Part shown: positions 1 to 11,880 of the stretch, piece by piece | How the letters are laid out: every line of letters starts with the position of its first letter | Numbering within the stretch: the stretch's first letter is position 1 | Assembly (NCBI GenBank): GCA_964016885.1 | Contig: OZ024740.1 | Span: forward strand, 51,026,001-51,090,000 | Direction: 5' to 3' | DNA from: Eledone cirrhosa | Lineage: Eukaryota | DNA length: 64,000 nucleotides | Program-made: the position numbers and the translations under genes | The notes under the pieces: generated by a model | Database searches by the model: none | What the model saw: the letters and a program-made list of their open reading frames with translations, nothing else | Told to the model about the DNA's origin: nothing

Positions 1-49
1 CATTTGTTCTATATATATATATAGAACAAATATACAGTTTACTATATAG

Positions 50-267
50 TTTACTCAGCTGTAGAAATGAGATGATAGGGACTGGGTTCCCTATCATTCC
101 ACTGCAAAGTGGACGTGTAGGCGCCACAGCAAAAAAGCACCCAGCACTCACTGTAAATGAGGTTGGTGTTAGGAAGGGCATCCAGCTGTAGAAATCAAGC
201 CAGAATCAGTTCCCGTCCCACCCTTGCAAGCAGGGAAAAGCGGACATATAATGAAATGATGATGAAA

Positions 268-270
<3 letters not shown>
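50..270 (+). mobile_element. SINE-like fragment carrying the RTE 3' tail
   Basis: ACTCAGCTGTAGAAATGAG (shared with the SINE at 57413) is joined to the RTE 3' UTR motif and a tail ending in (TA)n. Confidence 0.7.
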
Positions 271-352
<82 letters not shown>

Positions 353-1424
353 CAAAGAGATTGTCTTAAGAAGCACTGGGAACATTTGAGATGAATGTAT
401 CACAATGCAAATGACCATAATAATATTAATAGTTAACCACTATAAATAATGGTTAAGGAAAGTAAACTTTTTTCATTTCCAGTGGCATTTTATTATTATT
501 TATAAGGATTGACTATTATTATTATGGTCATTTGTATTGGGGTGCACACATTTAAAATTCTTCTCTCTCTATATATAAATTAATGTTAAGACAGATATTA
601 TGGTTACATAATCGTATTTATTGCATAATACGTATTTCAGTCGCACCAGTGTGTCATAATCAGATGTTAACACAATTATGGGAAGAAATTTAGGTAAGTT
701 GATATATTTGTATATTGCTTTATGCTTGATAAATAGTATAAAAAATATCAAAAATATATAGCACTTGATACAGAAATATAGAGTAATGAATTTGTATTTA
801 TAAAACAATACAGGTTAACTTCTTGTGTAGTCTACCATTATTTTTAAGGTTTCAGTCTTGTTTATCTAAAAATGCTACAAAAAAACTATACTTTATAGAT
901 ATAAACAGGGCCTAAAGACTAAGACTGCAAAACCAATGGTAGTCTGAACGATATATTATCTCATATTGCTTTATAATTACAAATATATATTTGCATATAT
1001 ACAGGGAACAACTTTTATTTGAGAGATGTTGGATTGAAAACATGATTGTGTTTTACTTTCATCTTTCTTGATTCTTTTTCTTATGAATGATTGATTTATG
1101 TCACTGAAACATATACCTTCCTAATGGCATATAGGTCTGCTGTCAAGATTCAAATCCCAGCAGAGCAAACATCAATCACATTGATCCTGTCAACTTTAAG
1201 AAGGCAGTAAAACAAGTCAATGTTGTCTAACTATAATGATGAGACTATAGGTATCTAGAAACATTGACAATACATTTAGGAATTTTACTGTTCAAAACAA
1301 ATTTTAAGAAAATCATATGAAAATATGAAAAGAAAAACAAATAGTTGTGTTGTCTATTCAATACACACACGTATATACGTGTGTGTGTATATATATACAC
1401 ACACACGCATATATATATGTATAT

Positions 1425-1626
1425 GTATAGAGGTAGAACTCTAGGAGGTTATAGCCGCAATAGTAGAGCACTCAGTCCATGAGACGAGTTCGGTAGAAGT
1501 TAGTTCCACAACAGTTAATTAACCATTGCCAAGGACAATTTGTTTCACCTTAACGGATCTTCGGCTCAGCGGAATGGTTTTCATCTGGATGTAAACCATG
1601 GTAAATTAACTGTTGTGGAACTAACT
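1425..1626 (-). mobile_element. PLE-like terminus with ~28-bp inverted arm
   Basis: 1499-1526 pairs with 1598-1625 around the hammerhead motif; TA-rich flanks. Confidence 0.65.
1528..1570 (-). ncRNA. Variant type I hammerhead motif
   Basis: GCTGAG CCGAAGA T CC GTTAA GG T GAAA CAAATTG TC CTTGGC; stem I is 6 bp including two G-U pairs. Confidence 0.65.
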
Positions 1627-1734
1627 ATGTATAGGTATATATATATATTTAGTAATCATTTATATGTGTGTATATATCTATTATCTGTAGAGTAGAATAA
1701 CATTTTATTAGACATTGTCAAAAAGAGAAAACTA

Positions 1735-2690
1735 GAATATTCTGGACACTTAACTAGAAATATATGGTTGGCTGTGCTGAGTCTGTGGTGAAACCTGCGC
1801 TTTTCATCAGCTAGCCTTGACTTAACAATCTCCCTGCTTCTCTTTGCCAGACACTTTACCAGGGAGGCTTAACAAGGAAATCCCTCTGTAATTGGAGCAA
1901 TATCCCTTGTCTGATCATCATCGTCATCTTTTTGAAAATTGGGATTATCACTCCCAATTGCCATTGTTTAGATGCCTTTCCAGAGATCCAGGCCGCCCAG
2001 CACACACAAGTCAGCCAGCCTTCTCTATTTAAGGCTTTTAACATCTCAGATAAGATTTCATCTTCCTCAGCAGCTTTGCCACATTTGAGCTCTTTAACGC
2101 TTTTGTGACCTCAGCCTCCGAGAGATTAGTCATCTCTCCCAGATGCAACTAGTGTACATCAGAAGATGCCAAACTTTGTAGGCCTCCTTCTTTGCTTGTC
2201 TGAACCAAGGGGTCCTCATCCATCCGGTGCCTCACCAAGCCTCTTTTGCTCAAAGAAACTGCCGAGCTGAACAATTTCCACTTCGTCTCAACATCCTCAG
2301 TTTGCTCAGGGAGTTCTCTGAATTTGGATGTAATAGCATTTGCATACCTGGTTATGACTTCCTTATCTACCAACACTTCCCACTTTATCCTGTAGGTCAC
2401 CCTGGACCTGCTGCCAGTTTTGTGGGCTTCTTTGGCTTTAGGTAGTTTCAAGTTGCAGATAACTAGATGGTGATCAGTTGACAGCTCAGGCTCTCCCTTA
2501 GCATGGTTACATTGTGCTATGAGAAGGGTTCTGAAAGGACAAAATGGTTTAATAACATCCATGAGATTGGCTGGTCTTGCTTGAGGATCCAGCCGGATCA
2601 TTTGGAGACGGTTGCTCCTGACGGGATCCATAGGAAGGAGTGTTTGAGGACTCTACCCCCACGACCCTCTCAGGAAGGAGGAGGAGGAAT
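1735..2690. mobile_element. Rearranged Expander/Rex3-type RTE remnant: minus-strand EN/RT pieces plus a plus-strand 3' end
   Basis: Minus strand: ELSTDHHLVICNL, GKAAEEDEI, WQLGVIIPIFKK. Plus strand 2503-2690: RTKWFNNI...LRTLPPRP and a GGA tail. Confidence 0.8.
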
Positions 2691-2848
2691 ATTTTTTTCA
2701 ATTCAAGTGTCCAAAATATTTTAGTTTTCTTTTTTAGTTTTGATAATGTCTAATAAAATGCTATACTACTGTACAAATATCAGATAATTGTATTGAAAAA
2801 TCAAAATAAATACAAATATAATAATAATAATAATTATTATTATTATTA

Positions 2849-2889
<41 letters not shown>

Positions 2890-2890
2890 A

Positions 2891-3078
2891 AGGGCAGTGG
2901 CAGTATCGGTAGAGCATCAGACACCATGCTTTGCAGCATAGAGTTATGGCCCTTTACGTTCTGAATTCAAAGCCGCCATCGTTAACTTTGCCTGTCATTC
3001 TTACGGGGTCGATAAAATAAAGTACCAGTAATGCACTGGGGTAATTGCTGGCTTTGTGCCAAAAGTAGAAACATTATT
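2891..3078 (+). mobile_element. tRNA-derived SINE with Meta-like central domain
   Basis: A-box TGGCAGTATCGG, B-box-like GAATTCAAAGCC, TTTGCC..TCAT.CTTACGGGGTCGATAAAATAAAGTACCAG and an (ATT)n tail. Confidence 0.8.
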
Positions 3079-3574
3079 ATTATAAAAAATTATATTATTT
3101 TAATGAACAAAATAGTAAATGGACCTATTAATTCACTTTTGGAAAAAATATTCAATTGCCTTCTGATATTATTGTTAGAATGCCATGTGTCCATCAGGAC
3201 TTAGTCTTCATCTCTCTATTGTTTATCATAATCTTCCAAGCCATAACAGAGTGGCTGCCCATGGGAACTATTGTATGTTGTATGCTAATTGCTCAACTTA
3301 GTTCTAATAGTTGAATCAGTGGAAAAATTAAAGAAAGAGTTCAAAGCAGTGAAGAAGAGCCACAAAGTAGCAAAACATGAATCTTAATTCATATGTGTGA
3401 ACATTAGAAAGAAAGTAGTCAAATTTGCTCTGCAAGATGTGTAATGCTACATGTGCATGAACGACAGAGCACAAATGAGCTAAGCAAAAAAATTGGGTAT
3501 AAGAGGAAACAGCAGCCATTTGTGAGAGAAGAAAATTGCACTGGTATGGACATGTGATGCATATGAGGGATAAG

Positions 3575-3810
3575 AGTTAGATAAAATGGATGCTATAGTA
3601 TCTGCAGACCTAGTCATGACCTCCTCATCAGCCAGCACTTCCCATTTTATCTTGTAGGTTGAACTGGACCTACTAGTTTTGTGGGTCCTCTTGACTTTAG
3701 GTAGTCTCAGGTTGCAGATAACAAGATGGTGATTGGTTGAGATCTCACCCTCTCCCTTGACATGAACATCCAGCACAGAACTGAAGAGATCAGAGACAAT
3801 TTAAAACAAT
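3575..3810 (-). mobile_element. Expander-type RTE endonuclease fragment
   Basis: LDVHVKGEGEISTNHHLVICNL...IKWEVL, paralogous to 2340-2500. Confidence 0.75.
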
Positions 3811-5280
3811 TTCCCTTATACTATGTGTATTTATGGATGTCTTTGTGCTGGGAGGTGTTCATATTAGAGAGCCCATTACTAGAACAGAAGTCTACCAAGA
3901 AGTGTCACATGAAACAGAGCAGTGAAATCATGAAAAAGAGGTGAAGGCTGATCTCAGGGACTGAACTTCAAAAAGGTAAAACAATGAAGGGTTGCAGTAA
4001 ATGATGAGCTGTGCTGGAGGAAACTCCTTTAACTCATGTAAGTAAGGAAATATGGACATAAAATGGTGATGGTGATAATAATACTGCTAACTTAGCTAGA
4101 ACTAGGAGTAGTAAAAATAACAATTAAAATAAATATAGGCCTCATTCTATAGACAAAAGTGTCCAAATAAGTAAATACAGTTAATAAGCTCATTTGAAGG
4201 TAAACAGTAACAAAAAAAATATATTATAATTTATAATTATGATTAAAGATGTTTTAAAAGGAACTTCATAACCATTCCAGCATGCTTGTGTCCATAGAGC
4301 ACATGCATGTATATAGAAATGTATTGTAAGGTATATCTTGGAATAATGCACAAGATACAAGGTGAAACCATTCTTAAGCACATATACAATTAGAAAAACT
4401 AGAGAGTGCACTGACGCAATCTTTGCACTGAGGCAGATGTGTGAAAGGGATTTCAACCAGAACCAGGATGCTGAACCAAACCTTCATAGAACAAGAAAAG
4501 ACTTTCACCAAGTTGAACAGAAACATTAGCTTAACCTTTAGGATATTGAAATGTTTAATGAATTGCTTCCCTTGACACTATATTATGTATTAAGGGGAGA
4601 TTACTCTATTGGTGACTTATGTCGCTGACAGTGCCAAGAGGATTAATGATCTAATCTGTTCAAGAAAGGTAACAACTCATTATTTTACCTAAAAATAATT
4701 GAAATATGTAGGTAATGCATCAGATATGTAGGTAGTGAGTCAGATCTTGACATGTTTCAGACTTATTAGTTTATCTCAGCAAAATATAGCCTTGACAAGA
4801 ACTGCCAGACAAAGATGACTTGTGAGAGATAATTAACATTAAGAGGTGGGGGAATTTAAGCTATGGACTGGAGAAAAATACCTAGGGACACATTCTGCAT
4901 GAGACCAAAATAGTAAGATCAGTGTTAACAAACTTAATATAGTAATCCAAGAAATGTTTAATTAATTAAAAATTACACCCAAAGTGAGAAGAAAAATATC
5001 ATTAGCTTATCTCTAGTCTAGACTGGAAGGATGCTGCCTCTTCACTTTAATCTAATGAAACAAATGATTAGTCAATACATAATATGCAACATATACTGCT
5101 AATACCCTCACAAATGGCATAAATGTCATAGTCTTGTTTCCTCTCTCCAATCATAAATTTTTAGCTTTGATCTATATAAGAAATGAATAGGGGTTATTTC
5201 TTCATTGTTTATGAAGCTATAAAAAGGCCAAATATTTTTTTAACAATACCAGAAATATCTATATCTATATATCTATATAC

Positions 5281-5479
5281 ATTTTGAATGTATGTTAGCT
5301 AAAAGTTACTGTTTCAATGGTATGAAAAATAGCCAAACGTGTTGGGTATATAAGCCTCTATAGATTCTATCCACTTTTTTTGTCTCTAGGCACTTATATG
5401 TCCAACTTGTTTGGCTGTTTTTCATATTGAAAAACCTGCTCTGAAATAGTTAAATTTAAACTAACAAACATTCAAAATT
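5281..5479. repeat. Degenerate palindrome
   Basis: ATTTTGAATGT...GAAAAATAGCCAAAC..GTTGG..ATATAAG is mirrored by CTTATAT..CCAAC..GTTTGGCTGTTTTTC...ACATTCAAAAT. Confidence 0.7.
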
Positions 5480-5703
5480 CATAATTTGCTCAACACTCCT
5501 TAAAATCCGATATAACTATTTATCTATGAAATTGTGTGCATCCCCGTATGCTGTAAGAAACAAGTTCTGGTGACAGAAAGAGCATCCAGCTGTAAGACAT
5601 TGCCTCAAAAGATCTCCACCAACCCAGACATGGAAAACTGGAGCTGCTGCTGATTTATATATATATATGCATTCACACACACACACACGCACATATGTGT
5701 GTG

Positions 5704-5753
<50 letters not shown>

Positions 5754-6615
5754 GCACATATGAATGTTCTAGAATATAAGCATACACACATCTACTCATT
5801 ATAGGAAAGACCTGTTGACTTAAGAAACTATTTTTTCCTAATAATTTGTTTAAGAAGCATAAAGGCTTTAGCTTACAGACTACGAAAGTTCTGGAATTAA
5901 AACAAACAAAAAGAAATTAGTATGATTCTGAATATTATATCATTTATATGTGAACAGCTAACGTCTTTATTGACCTTCAATTGTTGGAAGAAAGCAGAAT
6001 GAAATCTCTTTAACAATGCATACAAGAATCATTAAATGAACTTAGATCAAGTGTCTGAAAGAGAAAATGCATGGAATGATGTGAAATATGCGCAAAAAAA
6101 AAAAAAAAAGTAATAGAAACACAGTACAAGAGAATGAAGGATACAGCTGTAGATGAAATATTTTTGTTAATTGTAGCACAGGAAACCATCAATGATATGG
6201 ATAATATGATATTGAAAAATTTCTCAAGTATCAGCAGATATTGTAGGAGTTTTCTTAATTGTACATTTGTTGAGTTTTGAGTTTAAAGATACAAAAAAAG
6301 AGAAAATGATGAATGTAATAAATGCATAAGCATATAAAGAAACAAATTATAAACCAATACATTACACAGATGTAAACATGCATTCAAATAATACTTGTAT
6401 CCACTTAAGTGTGTGTATGCATGAATATATGTATATGGTAGATATTTGAGTAACTATAGATATTACAGGTGGTTTGTCAGATAAACACTTAATGCTGTAA
6501 TGCGATTCCATCTCAGACAGAGTTTATACTTAAGTGTACTCTAGAGCTAAGGTGGCTGTAATATACAAAGTGTAAATACAAGTGAGCAGGAACAAAGTCA
6601 AAGTCACACTATATA

Positions 6616-6852
6616 TAAACAAGTAAGACTATTATTCAGCAGAGTACTCGATACTTGGGATAGTAGAGTAACTAAATATTAAAGAGAGTCAGAGCCTGAC
6701 GGCTGAGCTCTTGCCATTTCGAAAGCAATTTGCTGGAATTTGCTGTTGAAACAGCAAGAGCTCAGCCGTCAGGCTCTGACTCTCTTTAATATTTAGTCAC
6801 TCTACTATCCCAAGTATCGAGTACTCTGCTGAATAATAGTCTTACTTGTTTA
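6616..6852. repeat. Long palindrome of a PLE family-A terminus
   Basis: Arms of ~98 bp with one mismatch seen; imperfect pairing continues toward the centre at ~6733. Confidence 0.9.
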
Positions 6853-6914
6853 AAACTGGTAAATTCCTGAACTATATATATGGTAGTTTGTCAACCAGTA
6901 TTTTGTGTTGTTTC

Positions 6915-7146
6915 TTAACCTTTTCATTGCTATATTTATAATGAAACCAGTTGCCATGTTCAAATAATTTTTTAAATAATCAAGAATTTGCTAGATTTAG
7001 TATCTAACTTTCTAATTATTAAGTTGGTGGTCAGAGTATAAAATCACGATGAAAGGTTTTTAGGTAAATATAAACACTTTAAAATATACAACATTGTATT
7101 GTAGAACCAGTGGTGGTTTCAGGTGATATTATAGCAAAAGGGTTAA
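6915..7146. mobile_element. piggyBac-like MITE, second family (relatives at 9227-9468, 10278-11225, 23367-23520, 54183-54616)
   Basis: TTAACC(C)TTT...AAAAGGGTTAA termini; shared internal sequence. Confidence 0.7.
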
Positions 7147-7500
7147 GTATTGTCTTTGTGGATAGCATGTTTCCTTATACCTATGTGCATGCATGATATG
7201 CTTAATTAGATACGTATATGCTTGTATTTGTCTCTGTATATATGAGTATTTGATGCATTTCTATCTCTATCTCTCTCTCTGGATATATTTAAGAAAATCA
7301 ACAAGGAAAAATTACACAAGTGAATAATACAATACAATAAAGGTATATTAGTTGAGTACTTGATACACTATGAAAAAAGGTCCTATATATATATATATAT
7401 ATGTATAGATAGATACCCATGTATTATTAATGAATGTGAGAATGAGGACTCAATATCGCAATAGAGTTTAAATACTCATTTATTATAGCTAAGTGGTGAG

Positions 7501-7552
7501 ATCTTTTACTCTGGAGTTTCATCTGTACACTCACTGGATCACCAGACAAGAC
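7501..7552 (-). ncRNA. Degenerate type I hammerhead motif in a PLE terminus (~7420-7700)
   Basis: TCTTGT CTGGTGA T CCAGT..ACAGA T GAAA CTCCAGAG TA AAAGA, followed by AATAAA. Confidence 0.55.
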
Positions 7553-7718
7553 ATAGTGATAGCAGTCCCACTACCAGTAAGCATATCAACTAAGGTGGCA
7601 TAAAAACATACCAAGGGGTTATTATGTAATCACTTTGATGTCTTTGAAATACATATAACAGGATTATATAATAAACCAAGGATGTATACTTAAAACCGTC
7701 TCTCTTCTTTATAATATA

Positions 7719-8885
7719 CTAGCTGGCCCGTCTGGCTGGCGCCCGGCTAGGTATACCGGCATTTTATCTTTTCAGGAATTCCCCCTCCACTCCAGTGCAA
7801 AGATACTGCACGCCCTCTCAAGTCAGCAAGGGGGGAGGAGGCGTTAACATGCTCTGATGTTGGGTTTGAATAGTTTTTAGGATTCCCCAGTTCAGCAGCC
7901 AGTACGTTAAAGAAAATTGATAGTTACAACAATAAAGGCTGAACAGAGAACACATTTTTTACATTTTGTACAACCATAATGGAAATTCCAAGTAACAGAA
8001 AATACATAAATTACATTGTTAGAGCCTCAGAGTATACAATATTTTTTGTTCGGCCCTTGGGAGCAAAGATGAAGAGATTGTTTGGCGAGCTCACCCTAGA
8101 GCATCCTACATACAATTGACCATGGGATAAGCATGGTTTTCCCAGATGAAGGCCAGCCACTTTTAGGGTTTGACCCTGAGCTTTGTTGATGGTAATCGCG
8201 AAGCTTAGTCTCTCTGTTGCTCTAGTAACATTTTTTCTTCTGGAAAATCTGATATTGCGGCCAGGCTGGGACTATTTGGGTGGCATATCGGCAGTAACAA
8301 TGGCGATAAGCCGTCTGTGCTTTCGTGAAATAAATACGTTTGTTTATATTTTGTTTTTGTGTATGCAAAAATATCTATACATGAATATATAATTATATAT
8401 ATTAAAATAACAGATTAAAGTTTAAGCAAAGAATCGCTGCTTTCACCCTTGACGGGATCTTCTGAAACGGAAAAAATCCATCTGTGAACGCAGAAGTAAA
8501 TATTTCGAAAAACGTTACACACTATATATATATATATATACACACACACACAGATAGTGTCATAATGTCGTAATGCAGACAGCCAGACATACAGACAGAT
8601 ATTATAAGGGCGCGATGTTATAGCTATGTATCTATCTAAAAAGACAGACTAAGAAAGATAGAGGAATGTTGTATAATCGGAAGTGTTGACATTTTAAAAT
8701 TTTTAAAGAAGTGAATATTTAAATAAACGATAAAATATCTTTAATCTTTTAACTAAATTTAGTAGACAAACATACCCTCACTTTCTTGGAAAAAGTTACA
8801 TCTATGGTGAAAATTTGGTGGTTTGGTCCAGTCATTTGGCGAAAAGTTTGTTACATACATACGGCCATCAGCTTTATAATATAGA
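7719..8885 (-). mobile_element. Non-autonomous Helitron with helicase remnant
   Basis: Starts 5' TC, ends CTAG 3', inserted between A and T; GC-rich subterminal stem-like sequence; Pif1-like C-terminus inside. Confidence 0.88.
8020..8215 (-). pseudogene. Helitron RepHel Pif1-like helicase C-terminal fragment (not in the ORF track)
   Basis: Manual translation: RLSFAITINKAQGQTLKVAGLHLGKPCLSHGQLYVGCSRVSSPNNLFIFAPKGRTKNIVYSEAL. Confidence 0.9.
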
Positions 8886-8897
8886 TATATGTCTGTG

Positions 8898-8951
<54 letters not shown>

Positions 8952-10353
8952 AGTATATACATACACAAAATATTTCCCATGTGAAACAAGATTTAATTCT
9001 ATGGACAATAAATGTCAGTCTGGTAGTCTAGACAGTCTGTAAATAGTTAAATGTTTAAAAACCTTCAACAACTTTTATCTGGTTATCTACTTTTAAAATC
9101 AGAATATCAGCTTTTAATAAATATTCTGACTCTAACTTCTTCATATCTAGCAGAGAGGATATATTTCCGTATTTTAGTTCTGAACCCATTTTTGAGATAA
9201 TGAGTGCTGGTGGAACCGTCAAAGAATTAATCCCTTTGTTACAATATTGCCAATGATTTACAAATAATTTTTTTAAATAAAGAGATATTCAGTAATATAA
9301 CTAAATTTCTCATCATTAAGCTGATGTTTGGAACTTAATTCAACAAAAGTTCTTACATAAAATCATGAAGGAAAGTGTTTGATAAACAAAAACACATTAA
9401 AAAAATAGGGTTTTTATTTTAGAACCAGGAGGGGGTGTTTTCAGACAGTTTGATGTCTAGAGGGTTAATCTTCATATGATGATGCAGCTCGGACAAGTTA
9501 AGTCTAGTAGAATCTATCCCTCTCCAGACTTCACTCATGTCAGGATTTGAACTTGCACTCTTAGTTTTTAAAAATGCTCATCTATTACATACTCTCTGAC
9601 AGAAATGGTAGAAAATCAATATTTAGTTTTGTTCCAGCTTTGTCTTGAGTTCAAATCCTTTGCTCTTGTTTGTTTCATTTCATGCTATGGAGTGGGAGAA
9701 ATTAAAATCCACCTGGATACAGGCAAGTCTATTCAAAGTAGAGGTGCGTGGCTTAGTGGTAACATTTTTGGACACACAATCACAAGATTGTGAGTTTGAT
9801 TTTCATACTGAGTGGTGCATTGTCTTAACTTAGCTGGAAAAAATTAATTTTGATGTCACTGGGGCAAACTGTAACAGTTGTTGCTGTTGACAACATCAAT
9901 GGTGTGGAGAGGAGAGACTGGCATGCATGGACGATGACTAGTCTGTCACAAAAACATCTTGCCCTGGCTTGGGCCATGCCAAGGAAACTTTTTAGATGCA
10001 AACCTATAGTCAGCCATGACTGAAGAGGGACTCCTCCTCCTTCTCATATTCAAGGTGGAGGTGGGGGTACCTACCTCCCTCACCAACTAAGTGAACTGAA
10101 ATACATATATTTTAACTCAGAATTCTTGGTGTTGATAGTTGAATAACCTAACTATATAACCCTTCACTTCTATTAGATTTATAACACTATGTATATTGGA
10201 CTTAAACGATTGATAAAACCCAAAATTAAATAAATATATAAGTGAATAAATAAACTTTTAAAAGTTCTAAAAGAAAATTAACTCCTTTGATACCAATTTG
10301 CTCCAAACTGCCTCTGTTTTTATGAACCCAAATCATCCATTTTAAATTGTTCA

Positions 10354-11115
10354 TCTATATATCTAAAACAGAGAATGTCTGTCTGTACCCCTAAAACTCG
10401 AGAACCACCCAACCGATCCTTTTCAAACTTTACACATGTAATACTTATGGTCGTGTGAGTGTTTTGAGCAAACAATATTTAAAATGTTCAATGCCCTAGG
10501 GACCGCATCAGGCGCCGGTTAGCGATCGCTCTCTCTTTCTTAGTCTGTCATTTTAGAAAGATACATAGCTATAACGTTGTGCTCTTATAATATCTGTCTG
10601 TATGTCTAGCTGTCTGCATTACGACATTATGAAAACATTGACTTCGCTATCTGTGTGTGTGTATATATGTATATATATAGTATGTATATATATTTATATA
10701 GTCTGTAACGTTTTTCGAAATATTTACTTCTTCGTTCACAGATTGATTTTTTTTAGTTTCAGAAGATCCCGTTTGCTTAAGCTTTAATCTATTATTTTAA
10801 TATATATATATAAAATACAGATATTTTTGCATACACAATAACAAAATATAAACAAACGTATTTATTTCACGAGGCTCGATAAGGATAAATATATATCAAA
10901 TATCGTCTTGGCTTTTGTGGGTTGAACATTTTACTCTCAGGCACCCAATTAAATTAAGCCCCTGGTAATCTACGACAATTTTTTTTTATAAGCACAAAAT
11001 GTAGACACCATCCCAAGGCCAAGGTATTCCATACTTCTCTGTACTGTTTTAGAAAGGAGGGATAAACATGCCAATCTATGTTTAGAATCAGAGCAATGCC
11101 GGGCCATTCTGCTAG
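10354..11115 (+). mobile_element. Non-autonomous Helitron (mosaic) inserted in a TTAA MITE
   Basis: A|TCTATATATCTAAAACAG...GGGCCATTCTGCTAG|T; both ends are shared with 57679-58524. Confidence 0.88.
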
Positions 11116-11639
11116 TATTTATATTAAAACCTTCCATCATAATTTTATATAAGGACCTTTATTAAATTATGTTTCAAATACCAGATTAATAATGAAAATG
11201 GTAAATATATTACTAAATCCCTTAAAATCAACTTGTATCTAATTAATTATAACCATGAGGAATATTTTCTGAAAAAGAAAAAAAATTAAAGAAAAGAAAC
11301 ATTCTGAAATGTTTTAAAATAAAAATTAAAATAAAAAGAAGACAATATTAGCATTAGTTGCTTATCCTTTCCAATAAGTATTATTTCAAGTTTTCTGCAG
11401 ATTTTTTTTACTGGAATTTAAAGAGAAAAGTAAATTTAGTGAAATAGCTTAGCTTAGTAAAAGATTATTTTGTTTTCTTAATACAAATTTCATTGCTGCT
11501 TTGTTTAGAATAATAATTTCTTTACTTATATATAATAATTGCTTTACTTATATATAATAATTGCTTTGTTTAGAATAATTATCATGAAATATTTGGTAGT
11601 TATTTTTCTTTCTTTTCTTTTTGTCTCGGACATTTTCTC

Positions 11640-11880
11640 AATGTCCAATGTCAGTGTGTATGAATGATGAAGCACAGATAAGTTGAGAGAAAAACTGGGT
11701 ATAAGCTGAATCAGATGTTATGCACATGAGAGAATACTGCACTGTAGATAGATGATGACAATTGTGTAAAGAAGTATTAGGAGTTCCAAAGGGAAAGAAA
11801 CCACTGAAGAAAAAAATAAGAAAAGCAAGGAAGACATAGGCAGAAGAGATGAAAATTGACCTCAGGTTGCTAAATCTCCT
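11640..11880 (+). mobile_element. Highly degenerate RTE C-terminal fragment
   Basis: LREKLGIS-IRC and RKTWAEE-like remnants, recognised by eye. Confidence 0.55.

Noticed and set aside
206-418. Many ORFs rich in IY, SL, CV or HT dipeptides (e.g. 15331, 19415, 21595, 56295, 62364)
   Set aside because: Translations of stop-free (TA)n, (GA)n and (CA)n microsatellites.
5281-5479. Palindrome as a hammerhead carrier or pre-miRNA
   Set aside because: No recognisable core and many mismatches; kept only as a repeat.
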